From the NCBI GenBank assembly GCA_951406725.2, contig OX597839.1, positions 18,228,001 through 18,292,000 on the forward strand: a stretch of DNA of 64,000 bases, read 5' to 3'. Positions 1-15,121 of the stretch are shown here, piece after piece. Position 1 is the stretch's first letter. Each line of letters starts with the position of its first letter. Under the pieces are notes generated by a model. The model was not told where the DNA came from. It was given only the letters and a program-made list of their open reading frames with translations, and did no database searches. Both the position numbers and the translations under genes were made by a program. The DNA is from Octopus vulgaris (lineage: Eukaryota).

Positions 1-445
1 CTACCACCTCCACAGAGACCATCACCATCATCACCACCACCATCACCATGATTACCGTTATGATTAATACCATAACCATCACTAGAACTGTAACCATTAC
101 TATCACCACCATGAGTACTGCTACCCCTCCCATCATCACCACAATGACTACTATTGTCATCACTACCACTGCCAGTACTACTACTACAACCAGCACCACA
201 CTACTATTACCACCACCACCAGAACCACTACTACTATCACCACCACCACTACTATTACTACCACCACCATCACTACCACCACCACCACCACCACTACTAT
301 TACCACGACCACTATCACCACCACTATTATCACCACCACTACCATCACCACCACTACCACTACTACTACCACGACCACTATCACCACCACTACCACTACT
401 ACCTATCACCACCACCACCAAAAATACTACTATTACTACTACTAC
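1..445. repeat. (CAC/TAC)n low-complexity tract
   Basis: Degenerate trinucleotide repeats that produce the spurious poly-T/H/Y/P ORFs. Confidence 0.95.
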
Positions 446-1067
446 TTGTAAAGAGCTGTCATCTCAACTTCCTTGCTCCTACTCATTTAACTTATTTTTT
501 ATTTGTATAGTCCTGTTTGCATGCAGCCATTCAGCCATTCATTCAAAAGAAAAACAAAAGACAGTTAAACCAGCACTAATCCTTGCCCAACGCTTTCTCC
601 AGAGCTACAAAAGGTATTCAGTACACCACACAGTAATTAGTTGGTTAGGCTTCGCCATCCAGCTCTTTATGTTCCGAGTTCAAATTCCACTGAGGTCAAA
701 CTTCGCATTTCATCTTTTCAAGCCCAGTTAAATACTGGTGCCAGCCAGGTGTTTATGTTCTGAGTTCAAATTCTACTCGGGCAGACTTTGTCTTTCCTCT
801 TGTCAGCGTCAATAAAATATGTACCAGTCAAGCAGTCGGGTCAATGTAATCGACTTAATCCCACCCCTCATATTGCTAGCTGTGTGCCAAATTTGAAACT
901 ATTATTATTACTATTATTATTATTATTATTATTATAAATGTGGCACAGTATCCAATATCGTGAGGTTGTTGATGGAAGATGTGTCTACTGGGGGTTCACA
1001 ATAAGGACCTCAGACAGGCAGTACTTTACGCAATATGTGTGCAGTTCCAGTCAAAAGGATTATTATT

Positions 1068-1102
<35 letters not shown>

Positions 1103-1259
1103 TATTAAGGCAGCAAGCTGGCAGAATCATTAATAGTCCAGGCAAAATGCTTGGCAGTATTCTCTCCTGCACATTCTGAGTTCAAATTCTGACGAGGTTG
1201 ACTTTGCCTTCCATCCTTTCGGGGTCAATAAATTAAATACAGGTGAAACACTGGGGGCC

Positions 1260-1362
<103 letters not shown>

Positions 1363-1639
1363 CCACCTCACACACACATACACACAAATGCAGCACATAA
1401 TGTCTCATATATATTCACATCTTGAAGATATCTCTGTTTCTTTTCCTTAAAGGGCATGTTAGAGCCATCACATGTCATCTCTCCCTCCTCCTCTTCCACC
1501 ACCACCACCACCACCAGCAGTGCTGCTGCCACCACTAAATCTGCATCCTTCACAGTCACTGCTATAGTAACACGACCAATACTATAACCTCCTCCACCAT
1601 CACCACCTTCTATTACCATAACATCATCACCACAAAACT

Positions 1640-2125
1640 ATCGTCATCACATTATTGCCACCACCACTACCACCACAATAATACCATCACTACCAACAAC
1701 ACACCCACCACTTCCACAACCACCATCACCACCACCACTATCACCATAATCACCACAACCACCATCACCACAACCACCACCATCATCACCACCATCACCA
1801 CCACCACTATCACCATAATCACCACCATCGCCATCAACACTACTATCACCACCACCACCACCATCATCACCACCATCACCACCACCACTATCACCATAAT
1901 CACCACCATCGCCATCAACACTACTATCACCACCACCACCACCATCATCACCACCATCACCACCACCACTATCACCATCATCACCACCATCGCCATCAAC
2001 ACTACTATCACCACCACCATCATCACCACCATCGCCATCAACACTACTATCACCACCACCACCACCATCATCACCACCATCGCCATCAACACTACTATCA
2101 CCACCACCACCACCATCATCAGCAT
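1640..2125. repeat. (CAC/CAT)-derived minisatellite
   Basis: Repeated caccaccatcgccatcaacactactatcaccacc blocks. Confidence 0.9.
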
Positions 2126-5100
2126 CAAGAACAACAGCAGCAATAACCCTAATTGACTCTAACAGCCGCACATTCAGCTGTTGTTCAGAATTGGTCAACT
2201 GGAAACATTGGAGAGGAGAGGGGGGAGGAGGCGTCAGGGGAGGAGTTGGGGAAGCTCTGTGCACATATGTGCATATGTGGCTTTGTGTGGGTGTGTCTGT
2301 ATGTGGTGCATAAAATATGTGTCTTTGTGTATGAGCATGTGTGCGCATTGTATAGTATGCGTATTTGTGTGTCTGTTGCGTATGATGTGTGTGCGTTTGT
2401 ACATTATACACTGTGTGTGTGTGTGTTTGTGCATCTGTATGTGGTGCATGATATTTGTGTATATGTGTTTGTCATGAGATGTGTGTGTGTGTGTATCTGT
2501 GTTATAGTGTGTGTGTGCGTGCACTAGATTTGTATTAGGTGGTTGGATGGTATGTTTTTTTTTAATTTCCTCTGTGAAAGCCAACTAAACACAAAAGACA
2601 TTTGTTGAAGTTCTTGACATGATAAATGGCCACTGGTAACAATGGAACAACAAAGATTGAATAGCAATAATAGTAACAACAACAACAATAATAAAAATAA
2701 AAGCAGGACAATGGCTGTGGCAATATTTGTAACATTTGTGATGTTGATTGGGCTGGCGGTAAATGATGATGATGATAACAATCCTTTCTACTATAGGCAC
2801 AAGGCCTTAAATTCTGGGAGGCGGGGACTAGTCGATTACACCATCTCCAGTACACAACTGGTACTTATTTCATCAACCCCCAAAGAAAATGAAAGACAAA
2901 GTCGACCCTGGCGGAATTTGAACTCAGATCATAAAGATGAAATGTATTTCGTCCTGTGTGCTGATGATTCTGCCAGTTCACCACCTTAATGATGATGATG
3001 ATGATGATGGTGATGGTGATGGTGGTGGTGATGGTGGTGGTGGTGGTGATGATGATGATGATGATGATGATTTCAAATTTTTCCACGAGGGTAGCCATTT
3101 TGGGGAAGGGGACAAGTTGATTACATCGAACCCAGTGTTTCACTGGCACTTAATTTATCGACCCCAAAAGGATGAAAGGTAAAGTTGAACCGGGCAGAAT
3201 TTGAACTCAGAACAGATAGACGAAATGCCACTAAGCATTTTGCTCAGCATGCTAACGATTCTGCCAGCTCGCCACCTTTTCCATGGTGCCACGCAGTGGA
3301 ACTGAACCTGAAACAATGTGGTTTGGAAGCAAGCTTCTTACCACACAGCTATGCCCGCACCCATTCATCCACATTTTTTAAAATTAATCCCAGAGTATCT
3401 TGCAGCTTCAAGATTCTGAAGAGGTGGCTGTTTATTTTTAGATTGACATTGTAGGGTAGGTGTGAGAGGCTGGATCTGGTCAGTTTATCTTTAGACTGAC
3501 ATTGTGGGATAGGTGTGAGAGGCTGGATCTGGCTGGTTTAAATGCTAAAGGGTTAAATCACTTTAAAACAATAAGTTTTATATTATAGAACCAGGACCAG
3601 TGTTATGCAGGTTGGTATCAAAAGGGTTAAACTTGAGAACAATACTTGATAGAGAGAACAGAAACCTGAAGTTTTATCTCAACATCCCTTCACCAACCAA
3701 ACAAGGCTCTTTGTCAGCTTAGATCTGTGGCAAGGCATAGGTCTAAGGATCTATTTCAAACATCTCTCTCCTCCATGCCAGCCAAACAAGGCTGGGTTTA
3801 CCTACTCAAATGTCACATCCTGTCTTTATAGAATTGACAGGTAATGCTTAAATCACAAGAAAACATTCCACTCATGCGTACACAATGGCCTTTAATTGCT
3901 CCTTCAATCTACTTAGAAAGAGATAGATAGACAGAGAGAGTGGGAGGGAGAAAAGGGGAAGGGGTAGAGAAGTGTAAGAAGGAGTAATTGCAGCTGTATG
4001 TACTTCTCTACCCCCAAGCTATGGTAATATAAACCACACTTCATCACGTCTGTACGCATTATGCATCTCATGTTATCATCCTATCTGAAATAACAGACCC
4101 ACAGTCATCGTTGCCGGTCGGTTTCCTCTTACATTTTACAGCATTATTTCATTTCATTGTAGCTAATGCACAATGCATGTATATATATGTATATATATGC
4201 ATGTGTATGTGTGTGTGTCTGTGTGTCACGAAACGTCAACCAGAGTATCGAATGTTGTTATACATCACTGGTCACAGTGTGCTTTGCATCGTTTTAGCTC
4301 GGGACTGAACTGGAACCCACCTGGTTGCAAAATGAGCTTCTTAACCACACATCCATACCTGCATCTGTAGAACTGTATTGGCGATCGGGTTAAGGAATCA
4401 TAAATTACAGTCGTGTCTGCCACCATCAACCCCTCCTCCCATCATCTCCTTGTGACACCACAAAATTTTCTGGAACTTGAATGTTCCACCAATTTAGCCG
4501 TTCTTTTGTTGTGAAATGCCATCTGTACCGAATAAGCTTCTCTCCATTACGGGCTTTGATGTTTCAACATCACTGCACCCAAATGTAACAGCCATTAATT
4601 TACCTTAATTTATGCAATGACTCTGCTGCCATCTACATCTATGGTAATGAACTGTGATGAAGAATCCCCCCATGGCAGTGATCCCCAAAATTTTTAGCCC
4701 CTCAGATCAGGGATCACATGCATAACAAAGCACAATTATTGTGCATAATATATAATTTAATTATAACATATATAATACATATGAAGGCACATGGCTCTGT
4801 GGTTAGAGTGTCGAGCTCACAATCATGAGGTAGTGAGTTCAATTCCTGGCTGGAGTGTATGTTGCGTTCTTGAGCAAGACATTTTATTTGACATTGTTCC
4901 AATTCACTCAGCTGTAGAAATAGGTTGTGATGTCATTGGTGCCAAGCTGTATTGGCCCCTTTGCCTTTCTCTTGGATAACATCGGTGGCGTAAAGAAGAG
5001 AAGTTGGTATGCATGGGCGACTGCTGGGTCTTCTATAAACAACCTTGCCTAGACTTGCGCTTCAGAAGGGAACTTTCTAGGTGCAATCCCATGGTCATTC

Positions 5101-5763
5101 ATAACTGAAGAAGTTCTTCACTATTTTTACTATATATAATGCATACATAATGCTTAGATGTGGCTGTGTGGTAAGAAGTATGCTTCCCAATCATATGGAT
5201 CTGGGTTCAATCCCATTGCATGGAACCTTGAGCAGATGTCTTGTACTATAGCCACGGGCCAACCAAAGCCTTGTGAGTGGATTTGGTTGACGGAAACTGA
5301 AAGAAGCCCATCAGATATATATATATGTATGTATGTGTGTGTGTGTGTGTATCATGTCTGTGTTTGCCAAACCCCCCTCCCCATCACCATTTGACAATTG
5401 GTGCTTCAGTGTTGGTGTGTTTTTGTTCCCGTAACTTAACAGTTCAGCAAAAAGACCAATAGAATAAGTCCTAAGCTTAAAAAAAAAATCAGAAGTCATG
5501 TGGTCAGTTTGTTAAACTAAAACCCTTCGAGGTGGTGCTCCAGCATGGCTGCAGTCAAATGACTCCAACAAATAAAAGAATAAAAGAATATTACATATAA
5601 CACATATATAATATGCAAACATTACATATATTATTTGTGTGTACAATTAGACTAATGAGTGAAACAAGTTAAAGACAAAAGATTTTTTGGAAGTTATGAA
5701 GCAACCAAAGTCAGGGAGGCACACATGGAGGTATGTTTTGCATCCCACCCAGTGATGATGAGC

Positions 5764-5955
5764 CATGTCCCATGTGGCCCACTGCTAAAAAAAAAAGGGT
5801 TGTCTGTACTTGAATCCTTTCTTGATGAATCATGTCCCATGTGGCCCATTGCTCAAAAAAAAGGGTTGTCTGTACTTGAATCCTTTCTTGATGAATCATG
5901 TTCCATGTGGCCCACTGCTCAAAAAAAAGGGTTGTCTGTACTTGAATCCTTTCTT
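5764..5955. repeat. Minisatellite, ~66-bp unit x3
   Basis: catgt(c/t)ccatgtggccca.tgct(c)aaaaaaaagggttgtctgtacttgaatcctttcttg at 5764, 5831 and 5897. Confidence 0.95.
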
Positions 5956-6939
5956 GGTCTCGTTAGCCACAGGTGAGCCCCACCTGACATAGCCTTTAGA
6001 ATCCTTTCTCAGTTTTGTTGTTTAGCCAGAGGTGAGCCCCTTTGACCTTTGATCAATGACATTCCAAAAGTAGGACTACGGTTAACCAGTGCCCTTCCAG
6101 TTTTATGTAATGGTGTGTTCTGGTGGAGAGATTTGACTGCTATTACTAATAGCTTGAACTGACTGCTTAGACAAACCCTGGTTGGCTCATATAAATGTCA
6201 GGGTTTTTTTTAAAAATAAGGTAATGAAGAAAAAAGAAAAACAATTTTAAAGAGGTGGAGGAATTACACTGAAAATCTCTCTCTTTCCCCCTCTCTCTCC
6301 TTCTCTCTTCTCTCTCTCTCTCTCACTTTCTGGAGAAACTACACTTAATCTCTCTTGTTTTCTTTCTGGTGAAACTACACTGAATCTCTCCCCCTTTCTT
6401 TCTCTCTTTCTCTCCCTCATTCTCCTTCTCTACCTTTGTATTTCATCTTTACCTCTTTCTACTTTACCTTGTCTCTCTTCCCCCTCCCTCTTATTTCTTT
6501 CCCTGCTCCCCACCCCCACACTCCTCTTAACATTTGTCTGGTTCTCACTAGATTTAGTAAAAAAAAAAAATAATACATAAAGACTAAAATAAAACAAAAA
6601 AAAATATAAATACTAGGTTGCCATAAGGATGGTGCATTTTCTTTTCTAGAATGTTCTCAGAGCAGTAATTCGACTAAGACTAATCCAGACTAATGATTCA
6701 CCGTATTACAAATTGACACGATTCAGTTTGTCTAGACTCATCTTGTCTTATCGTATCTCATCTCGTTATCATCAGTGAAGGGGAAAAAACTATATCGTTG
6801 ATGTTATCCTGATCTGGTTGGATCCGATTTGATCCGAGCGAGGAAGGAAACCTGACTCGATTCTCTACCTGTTTCCCCTCCGCCATCACCACCACCACCA
6901 CCAACAACAACAACAGCAACAACCACACATGATGAAATC

Positions 6940-7339
6940 CTCACATAGGTACATACATACATACACACACACACACACATGCATGCACATGTCTCTCTCT
7001 CTCTCTGTCTTTCACACACACACATACACACACATGCATGCACCTGTGTCTCTCACTCTTCCTCTCTTTCACACACACATAAACATGCACCTGTCTCTCT
7101 CTCTCTCTCTCTTTCACACACACACGCACTCTCTCACAAACACATCTCTCTCTCTCTCCTTTTACATACACACACACACACACATATGCCTGCATGCTCT
7201 CTTTCTCTCTTTCACACACACACACACACATACATGCATGAATGCACACACACACACACACTCTCTCTCCCTCTCTTACATACACACATGCATGTATTTT
7301 CTCACATGTACACACACACACACACACAACATGCATGCA

Positions 7340-7377
<38 letters not shown>

Positions 7378-7388
7378 ACATGCATGCA

Positions 7389-7428
<40 letters not shown>

Positions 7429-7580
7429 ACATGCATGCACTCTCTCTCTCTCTCTCTCACACATACACACACGCACACACACACATACATGCATGCACTC
7501 TCTCTCTCTCTCTCTCCCTCTCTCCTCCACACACACACAACATCTCCTCTCTCACCACATACACACACACACACACACAC
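6940..7580. repeat. Compound (CA)n/(CT)n/catgcatg microsatellite array
   Basis: Alternating (ca)n-catgcatgcac-(tc)n units. Confidence 0.95.
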
Positions 7581-7856
7581 AAAACACGCTATCGTCATAC
7601 CTGAATCATAACATTTAAATAAATGCAACTTCCCTTTCCTCTTCCTCATTTTTTTTTTCCCTTTTTTATTTTTACCTTGTCTGATCAGATCGGATCTCAG
7701 CATGAATGATCATCATCATCATCATCATCATTTGCTGCAGCATCACCATCATCATCATCACCTTCACATGAAACCTGAATCACAGCTTTAAATATAACTC
7801 TTACATTCACTATTGTTATAGTCATTGCCTCAAACCTTCATCAATACTACTACTAT

Positions 7857-7905
<49 letters not shown>

Positions 7906-7971
7906 GCTACTACCATTACTACTACTACCATCATCACTACTATCACCACCATCAACCATTTCTGCTATTAT

Positions 7972-8034
<63 letters not shown>

Positions 8035-8153
8035 CACCACTACTAATACTACTGTCATCAACACTATCACCACTAATACTACTATATCACCAACTGTACT
8101 ACTGCCACCACTGTAGTGTTCTCTACTCCCACTAACACTACTTCTCATCTTAA

Positions 8154-8940
8154 TCCTTTAGAATTTAAATTGACCTTATCCAACTCAAATATTCTTCTTG
8201 TTCTGTGTTCAAACCATCCAGATCTGGCCTCTCAAACCTACCCTACAATGTCATTGTAAAGATAAAAAAATCACATTGTTGAAATCTCAAAGCTATGAGA
8301 TAACACTTCGTTAATTCAAAGCAATGTAAATAAACATTATATTTGAGAGAATAATCTGAATTCTAATGGGTTAAACCAGCCATATCAAGCCCAATATTAC
8401 ATGTATTTTATGTTCTAACCATCCAGATCCAGCCTCTCGGATCGACCCTACAATGTCATTCTGAAAATTAAAAACATCATATCATTCAAATCTAGAAGCC
8501 ATGAGATAATGCATGATTAATTCAAAACAATGTGAATAAATAAAAGGTACTGGGTGCCCTCTAGATCCCCTTTGGTTATGAATGACCATGGGATTGCACC
8601 TAGAAAGTTACCCTTCAAAGCACAAGTCTGGGCAAGGTTGTTTATGGAAGACCAACAGCCTCTCCTCTCCATGCCACCAATGTTATCCAAGGGAAAGGCA
8701 AAGGCCGATACAGCTTGGCACCAGTGATGCCGCAACTTATTTCTATAGCTGGGTGAACTGGAGCAACTTGAAAAATAAAGCGTCTTGCTCAAGAACCCAA
8801 ACACATAGACCAGTCCAGGAATTGAACTCACTATCTCATGATTGTGAGCCCGACGTTCTAACCACTGAGCCATATGCCTTCACTAATGTGAATAAATAAG
8901 CATTACATTTGACTGAGTTGTCTGAATGCTAAAAGGTTAA
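8154..8940. mobile_element. Two adjacent copies of a TTAA-flanked MITE family, the second interrupted by a SINE
   Basis: ttaatcctttagaat...ttctaatgggttaa, then a second copy ending tgctaaaaggttaa. Shared internal ccagatc.ggcctctca.acctaccctacaatgtcatt also occurs at ~3400-3556 (reverse), ~15415-15530 and ~45090-45295. Confidence 0.75.
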
Positions 8941-10639
8941 CACTAAAAGTGCCGAGCATTTGTGCCATCTTTCTTAGTAATTCTGCAAATTTTAAGAAAG
9001 CTACATGAGTTATTTTGTTGTATTGTATTTTGGTTTGGAAGAGTTTTGATGTGCACTCGTGTGTTGAAACATATTTTGTTGTATCTCCAGGAAGTGGCAG
9101 GAGGGAGAAGGGGGGTCTGGCATAATGACCCTCCAGAGATACAAGAGTACACAAAGTATGAAATAATGGAATTCGTGGGAGAAAAAAACAACTTCAGAAT
9201 TTATAAAACACCACTGTGCTAACTTTTAAGTGTTTTTTATGACGGCGAGTTGATAAGTGAAATGGAATCAAAAACAACTCTGTTGGTACTTCTAGTATCA
9301 ACATGCACTTATATGTCATTATTGTTGTCATCATCGTCATCATTTTAACATTCACTTTCCCATACTTGTATGGGTCAGGTGGATTTTATTGAGGTAGATT
9401 TTCCATATCCATCTGCCCTTCATTTATGACTGGCCAATGATGGGTGCTTTTTCTGCAAATTTTGTGCAGTGCTTCTAATTAATGACACTAATGCTACAGT
9501 GATCTGAAAAGATGATACTTAGATGGAACAAAATCAGGAGAAGAAGGAAGATGAGGCAAAAACTTTCATATCTAATGCCATGGGCAATTGGCTTTGCATT
9601 ATCATATAAAGTGGTAAGCTGGCAGGGTCGTTAGCATGCCAGGCGAAATGCTTAGCAGTATTTCGTCTGCCGCTACATTCTGAGTTCAAATTCCACCAAG
9701 GTCGACTTTGCCTTTCATCCTTTCGGGGGTTGATAAATTAAGTACTAGTACCGGGGTCTGATCTAAACCCCCTCCCCAAGGGTAAAATCAATACATATTT
9801 AACCAGTGTGGTATAAAGTCATCTGCAAAGAAAGAAAAACATTCCATTATTCCTTTTCTGCCCATTATTTCTATATGGGTCCTCTCAGAAGCAACTGTCA
9901 TTAGGCTTAGTAAAGATCACTTCAGAGATTTGTATTTTTTTTTCCTTTATCATAAAGGTGGAGCCATGGGAAAGGACAGCAAAGAGAAGTGTGAGTTTAA
10001 AGAGTAGGTTGGGGTGGGGGCACATTGAAACAACAACAATGATAACCTACTGACCTGCTTGGTCAGATTTCTTGTTATGCTTGATTTCCTTTCTATTGTT
10101 GTATTTTCACCTGATATGTAGGTAAATGGGTTTCACTTAATACCTGCACAATTCCTTCCTCATTCACTCCTACTGCACCCTCATTAGCACAGACACTCCC
10201 ACATCTCTGTCTCTCCCTCGCTCTCTCTCTTTCAGGTACACACACATGCATATGCGCACGGTTGCTAGCCACATAGGTCACAGTCTTACCTTGTCTCAAT
10301 TTCATTTCTTCTCTTCACACCTTCCCCTCTTTGTTCTCTCTTTCTCTCACTCACACACTCACACACACATGCAAAGGTACAGGTGTGGGTTTGTGGTTAA
10401 TAGGTTCATTTTGAAGCCACTTGGTTTCAAGTTCAGCACTTTGGGCATACATCGACCGCATCCCAAGGCCAGCCTAAGCCTTGCCAGTAGATTTGTTAAG
10501 TAGAAACTGTATGGAAGCCTATTGTGTGTGTGTTTGTGTGTGTATAATGAGCAGAAAACAGGTGTAATGTTCAAAGGTCTATAGGACATACATGTGTTTC
10601 CTCAAAATTCTGCATTCACGTAATAAATTTCCTATCATA

Positions 10640-11495
10640 AATACAGTATATGTGTGGTGAATAAGATGTTATCTAAATTAGGCAAAAATGAAAATAACAC
10701 TGACATCTGATTTTAACATATATTTACCAAAATTACATAAAAATATTTTGAAATACTAAACAGTAAATTTATTCAATAAAATCGCCACTGGCTTCAACCA
10801 TCCCCACCAGATGACTTCAGAATCTCCTGCAACTCTTCTGGATGGTCTCCTTGTTTAAGTTGGTGAACGCTGCCATAATCCTTGCATTCAGTTCACCTTT
10901 GGTGTTACAAGGAGTTTTGTTAGTCTCTCACTCAACTACGCCCCATACATAATAATCAAGGGGGTTGCAGTCTGGGGAGTTAGGTGATGTGGTTGCCGAA
11001 ATTGCCTGACAGCCATGACTGGGTTCACCTGCTTGTGTGGCATGGTCCAGTGTCCTGTTGCCAGACATAGGGCCTTCCAGCAGCCACCCTCTTTACCCAG
11101 GGTAGCACTACCTCCTCCAAGCACTTGACATAGGCTGCTGTGTTGAATCTAAGGCCATATGGGAAGCTGAATGGAGGCATAACGTTGCCATCACTAGTGA
11201 TCACTCTAAACACCATGATGTTGACTGGATGTTTGATTTTCATCGTCCTCAGTCTGACACCCAAATACTCTGAAATATTCATATTGGAGCTTCCAGTGCG
11301 AATGCCAAGTAGTACAGCATGTCATTTCCAAATTTCTGGCAGAGTGAATTCTGTCACAGTGCAGTTTTTCTCACAGACAGTGCCCAACTGACCCTACTAT
11401 AATATGTAGTCAACAAAATCAAAAACAAACAATGCACATGCACAAAATGAAAAATAATAAGATGGCAGCAATTTACCCATCATACCCTGTGTATA
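10640..11495 (-). mobile_element. Decayed, internally deleted Tc1/mariner-superfamily (maT-like) DNA transposon
   Basis: Minus-strand fragments KHPVNIMVF..ITSDGNVMPP, WQQDTGPCH and NSPDCNPLDYYVWGVVERETNK...SGDFIE, with stops and frameshifts; TA-flanked CAG-type end near 11490. Confidence 0.85.
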
Positions 11496-12919
11496 TATAT
11501 ATATATATATGTAAATCTAAAAAAATACAAACTGGGACAAGAACGTGAAACATTTAGAAGACGATACAAAAAACACGGACGGGACATTCGAAGCCTTCAA
11601 TCTTCAGTCAAGAACCGGATCATCTTCGCAATTTCGGCTGATTAATCTTGAGATTGCTCCGATCTGGCCAGCCCCAAAGGAAAATCTAAGCCAAGCGCAT
11701 TAGATTCCTTGGAAGAAAGCCTCGAATGTATACAAAACAAGGACGGCAAACCGGACGATGTTGCACGAATCAAAATACAAAAATACGTAAAAATAATAAT
11801 GATATATATATAGTTACTCCAAACATGAACAAAGAGAAATCATAGATCTATCTATTTATCTATCTATCTATCTATCTCTTTTACTCTTTTACTTGTTTCA
11901 GTCATTTGACTGCGGCCATGCTAGAGCACCACCTTTAGTCGAGCAAATCGACCCCGGGACTTATTCTTTGTAAGCCCAGTACTTATTCTATCGGTTTCTT
12001 TTACCGAACCGCTAAGTGACGGGGACGTAAACACACCAGCATCGGTTGTCAAGCAATGCTAGGGGGACAAACACAGACACACAAACACACACTCACATAC
12101 ATATATATACATATATACGACAGGCTTCTTTTAGTTTCCGTCTACCAAATCCACTAACAAGGCATTGGTCGGCCCGGGGCTATAGCAGAAGACACTTGCC
12201 CAAGATGCCACGCAGTGGGACTGAACCCTGAACCATGTGGTTGGTTAGCAAGCTACTTACCACACAGCCACTCCTGCGCCTATCTGTGTATCAAATCTAA
12301 TGTCTTTGTTTTTCTGTCCATCCATCTTGCTATCTATCTCTTCCTGCCATTCTTCAGTGCTGCTCTTATAAAGAAATATATATTCCAGATACTGGAAATC
12401 GGTTTCTTCGACGCCTAGCAATCAATAATTTCGGTTCACTTTATCGATTATATTTGGTTCTGGATGGTGATGGCAACAGCAGCAGTAATAGCAGTGGTAG
12501 TAGTGTCGGTGGCGATGGTTTCTGTTATAGCATGATAATGGTGCTTGCTTGTAGATGGCATGACATGGTGGTGGTGGTGGTGGTGATGGTGGTGTTCATC
12601 ATCGTTGTGATAGTGGTTCTTGTTATGACATGTAGTAGTAGTGGTGGTGGTGGTGGTGGTGGAAAGCTGTTTGTCAGATTGTGCTTATGACAGTTACGTG
12701 GTGGTGGTGGTAGTGACAGTGGTAGTGGTATTGTCATCATCATCTGCTGTCTTGTCTTGCCATTGTGGTTAATTCTGAGTGGGTTGTGGTAGGAGGTAAT
12801 GTCGATAGGAAGGTCGACGCCCTGCATGCGCTTGCATGTGGCAGGATGGTGGCAGAAGGGGAGACAAGACGTGCACTTAGACAAACACCCACGCACTTAC
12901 GTAAAGCACATTGTGTATG

Positions 12920-12999
12920 TGTAACTACATGTATACATCCGCCTACATTGTACACACATCACCCACATGCATACATATACATGTGTGTGCGTATGTATG

Positions 13000-13043
<44 letters not shown>

Positions 13044-13348
13044 AGCATATGTTTACTTGCACATGCTCACATACACACACACGCCCACGTATTACATAAC
13101 CAAACATGCACACACATGCATTGACCAGCACATACACTCATACATTCACACAGACATATACTCATATACACGTACATGTATGCACACCCATGAATTACAT
13201 AAACACACACATACATTCATACATGCACATACACTACATGCACACAAACATACATTTACACATACACGCATACATGTTTGTACATCCATGTATTATATGA
13301 ACACACAAACATACACATACACACCAACACATAAACTCATACATTTAG

Positions 13349-13399
<51 letters not shown>

Positions 13400-14210
13400 T
13401 ATACACGTGTATGCACACCCACATTATATAAACACACAAACACATACATACACCAACACATACAGACATGCACATACACGTACAAGCATCCACATATTCC
13501 ATGAAGACGCATATACGTAGACATACATATACACATACACGCCAATACGTACACTCACTCATACACACGCACATGCATATATGCAGAAGACACGTGCATA
13601 AACACACAGCACATGCACGTGTGTGTGCACACATAAATATACATGTTTTACTCTAAGTAGAGGTCATGGCAAGTACCATTCTACTGTTACTTTAACTACA
13701 ACCACTACCACTTCTGCTGCAACTACAGATACTACTACTACTACTACTACTACTTCTGCTGTTACAACTATTAATACTACCACTACTACTACTACTACAA
13801 CCACCGCCATTACAAACACTACCACTACTACTACTTCACTACTACCACCACCACAACTGCAACAAACGCTGCCACTACTACTACCACCACCACAACTGCA
13901 ACAAACCCTGCCACTACTACAACTGTTACTACTATAACCACCACGACCACTACTACTATTACCTCTGTAACTGATAATACCACTACTACTACTGCATCAC
14001 TACTATTACTATTATTATTACTACTACTACTTCTACTACTACTACTACCGATACAACCACTACTACTACTATTACCTCACTACTATTGCTATTATTATTA
14101 CTACTACTACTACTTCTAATAGCACTACTACTGATACAGCCACCTCTACCACCACCACCAACTACTACCATACTACTACTACTACTACTACCACCACCAC
14201 CCACCACTAC
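12920..14210. repeat. Degenerate (CA/TA)n tract followed by (ACT/ACC)n tract
   Basis: Direct inspection of the sequence. Confidence 0.9.
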
Positions 14211-15075
14211 AGATCTTTAATTTCACTGTTATTCACTTTGGTTGAATTTCATTCCCAACCTTCCAACTTTGTTATATTTATTTAATTTTTCTTTTTTAAT
14301 CTTTTATAGTTTCTTTTTCTTTTCATAGCTTTTTTTATTTTAAGGGGGCACTTTTTTTATTTCTGATTCCTCCCTTCCTCTCCCTTCTCCCCACCCTCTC
14401 ACCCCTATTTTTCTCACACTTTGCCTACCTATCGAGTTTCAATTTGGCTGAGGTTCAAGGCTTTCTTTGCAGGGGCTGTGTGCCCTAGTCGTAGTCATCA
14501 TCATCATCATCGTCATCATCGTATTCAAGCTAATTATTATAATTATCATCATCATCATCTTCTTCACTTTTTAATAACCATTTTAAGTGTGTTAACGTGG
14601 GTTGGATAGATCTGCCGTGCCACTAAATTGCTACTGTTTTGGGCTCTTTCACCTGCCCACCCCCTCGAATTTGGAACGGCCTCACTATCTTGTTACATAT
14701 TTGTTCTAAACAGCAACAGAGGCATCATTTATCCTTCTCCTCCTCATCATTATTTTTCATTATTTATCATCATCAACATCTCCATCTTCAAGTTTATCTT
14801 TACATCCATCAACACCATCATCATCATCATCATCATCATCTTTATTTTCACCATCATTATCGTAATCATCTTAATCATAATCAACATTATCATATCATAA
14901 TCATCATTATCACCAGAACCACCATTTTCATCTTCAACTTTATGTTTATATTCATTATTATCATCATCATCATCATCATCATCATTTTCAGCATCAGCAT
15001 CATCATCTGTTTTACTACATCAACATGGACATCATTTACATATTGAAGGATTTTGTCCTCATCTTGTTTGTTGTT

Positions 15076-15121
15076 AACACATCATTTCGGCTGATATACC
15101 CTCCAGCCTTCATCAGGTGTC
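15076..15121 (-). ncRNA. Degenerate minimal hammerhead motif
   Basis: Minus strand: GACAC-CUGAUGA-A-GGCUG(10 nt)CAGCC-GAAA-UGAU-GUGUU. Stems I and II are intact; stem III and the cleavage site are mutated. Confidence 0.55.

Noticed and set aside
48-731. 227-aa ORF and overlapping poly-T/P/H/V ORFs
   Set aside because: These are translations of (CAC/TAC)n repeats. The same applies to 1647-2411, 6929-7618, 12967-13656, 26081-27288, 53238-53770 and 56087-56485.
9090-9222. Exon-like segment after tctccag (EVAGGRRG...KTPLC*)
   Set aside because: It runs into a stop, has no donor in a compatible phase and shows no similarity to the PPM1E/F N-terminus.
11570-11680. Possible hammerhead (minus-strand CUGAAGA and CCGAAA)
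   Set aside because: I could not assemble stems I-III with A15.1-U16.1 and a UH site, although the region looks like an unclassified repeat.
12525-12896. 123-aa minus-strand ORF as a nested gene
   Set aside because: Non-ATG start, half of it is simple repeat, and it has no recognisable domain.
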